DNA of 64,000 nt from a virus: the IMG/VR virus record IMGVR_UViG_3300031746_000003, positions 1-64,000 of that record, one strand, 5' to 3'. The translations under genes were made by a program, and so were the position numbers. The first letter of the stretch is position 1. Each line of letters begins with the position of its first letter. Under the pieces are notes generated by a model. The model was given only the letters and a program-made list of their open reading frames with translations. It made no database searches and was not told the DNA's origin. This document shows positions 63,974 to 64,000 of the stretch, piece after piece.

Positions 63974-64000
63974 GAGCCCAATGGACATTGAGCACATCAG

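Noticed and set aside
1-64000. Stop-codon reassignment, given frequent TAG trinucleotides
   Set aside because: Conserved genes are full length in the standard code; TAG, TGA and TAA all end genes; coding density is high
1-64000. tRNA, rRNA, integrase or transposase
   Set aside because: None recognised by eye; intergenic gaps are short. A tRNAscan/Infernal run would be needed to exclude small RNAs

Overview
A 64 kb segment of a large contractile-tailed (myovirus-type) dsDNA phage. No cellular housekeeping genes, rRNA, tRNA or CRISPR array were seen. The minus strand carries replication, recombination and accessory operons: RusA and Hjc-like resolvases, a Cas4-like nuclease, RecA, HU, a family A DNA polymerase, a Zn-rich SSB candidate, primase, DnaB, UDG, an SF2 helicase, a MoxR-type ATPase with a vWA partner, and a methyltransferase. 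The plus strand carries virion genes (portal, baseplate spike, GpA-type terminase, prohead protease, major capsid, neck, tail sheath) and a 2150 aa single-chain beta-beta' RNA polymerase. Main observations: (1) a non-sigma70 bipartite promoter, CAA-N16-G(G/T)(G/C)ATAA-NN-G, occurs five times with identical spacing, always heading minus-strand non-structural genes, while sigma70-like promoters face the structural and RNAP genes, suggesting a virion-delivered RNAP that transcribes early genes; (2) a pervasive K-x-A/G motif in about 13 head-region proteins looks like a capsid targeting and protease-cleavage code, cutting polyproteins into a ferritin domain, DUF6582-like domains and glycine-zipper peptides; (3) a likely -1 programmed frameshift (G GGA AAA) lies outside the tail module; (4) several microproteins are missing from the ORF track. 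All annotations come from reading motifs by eye; no database searches were run.
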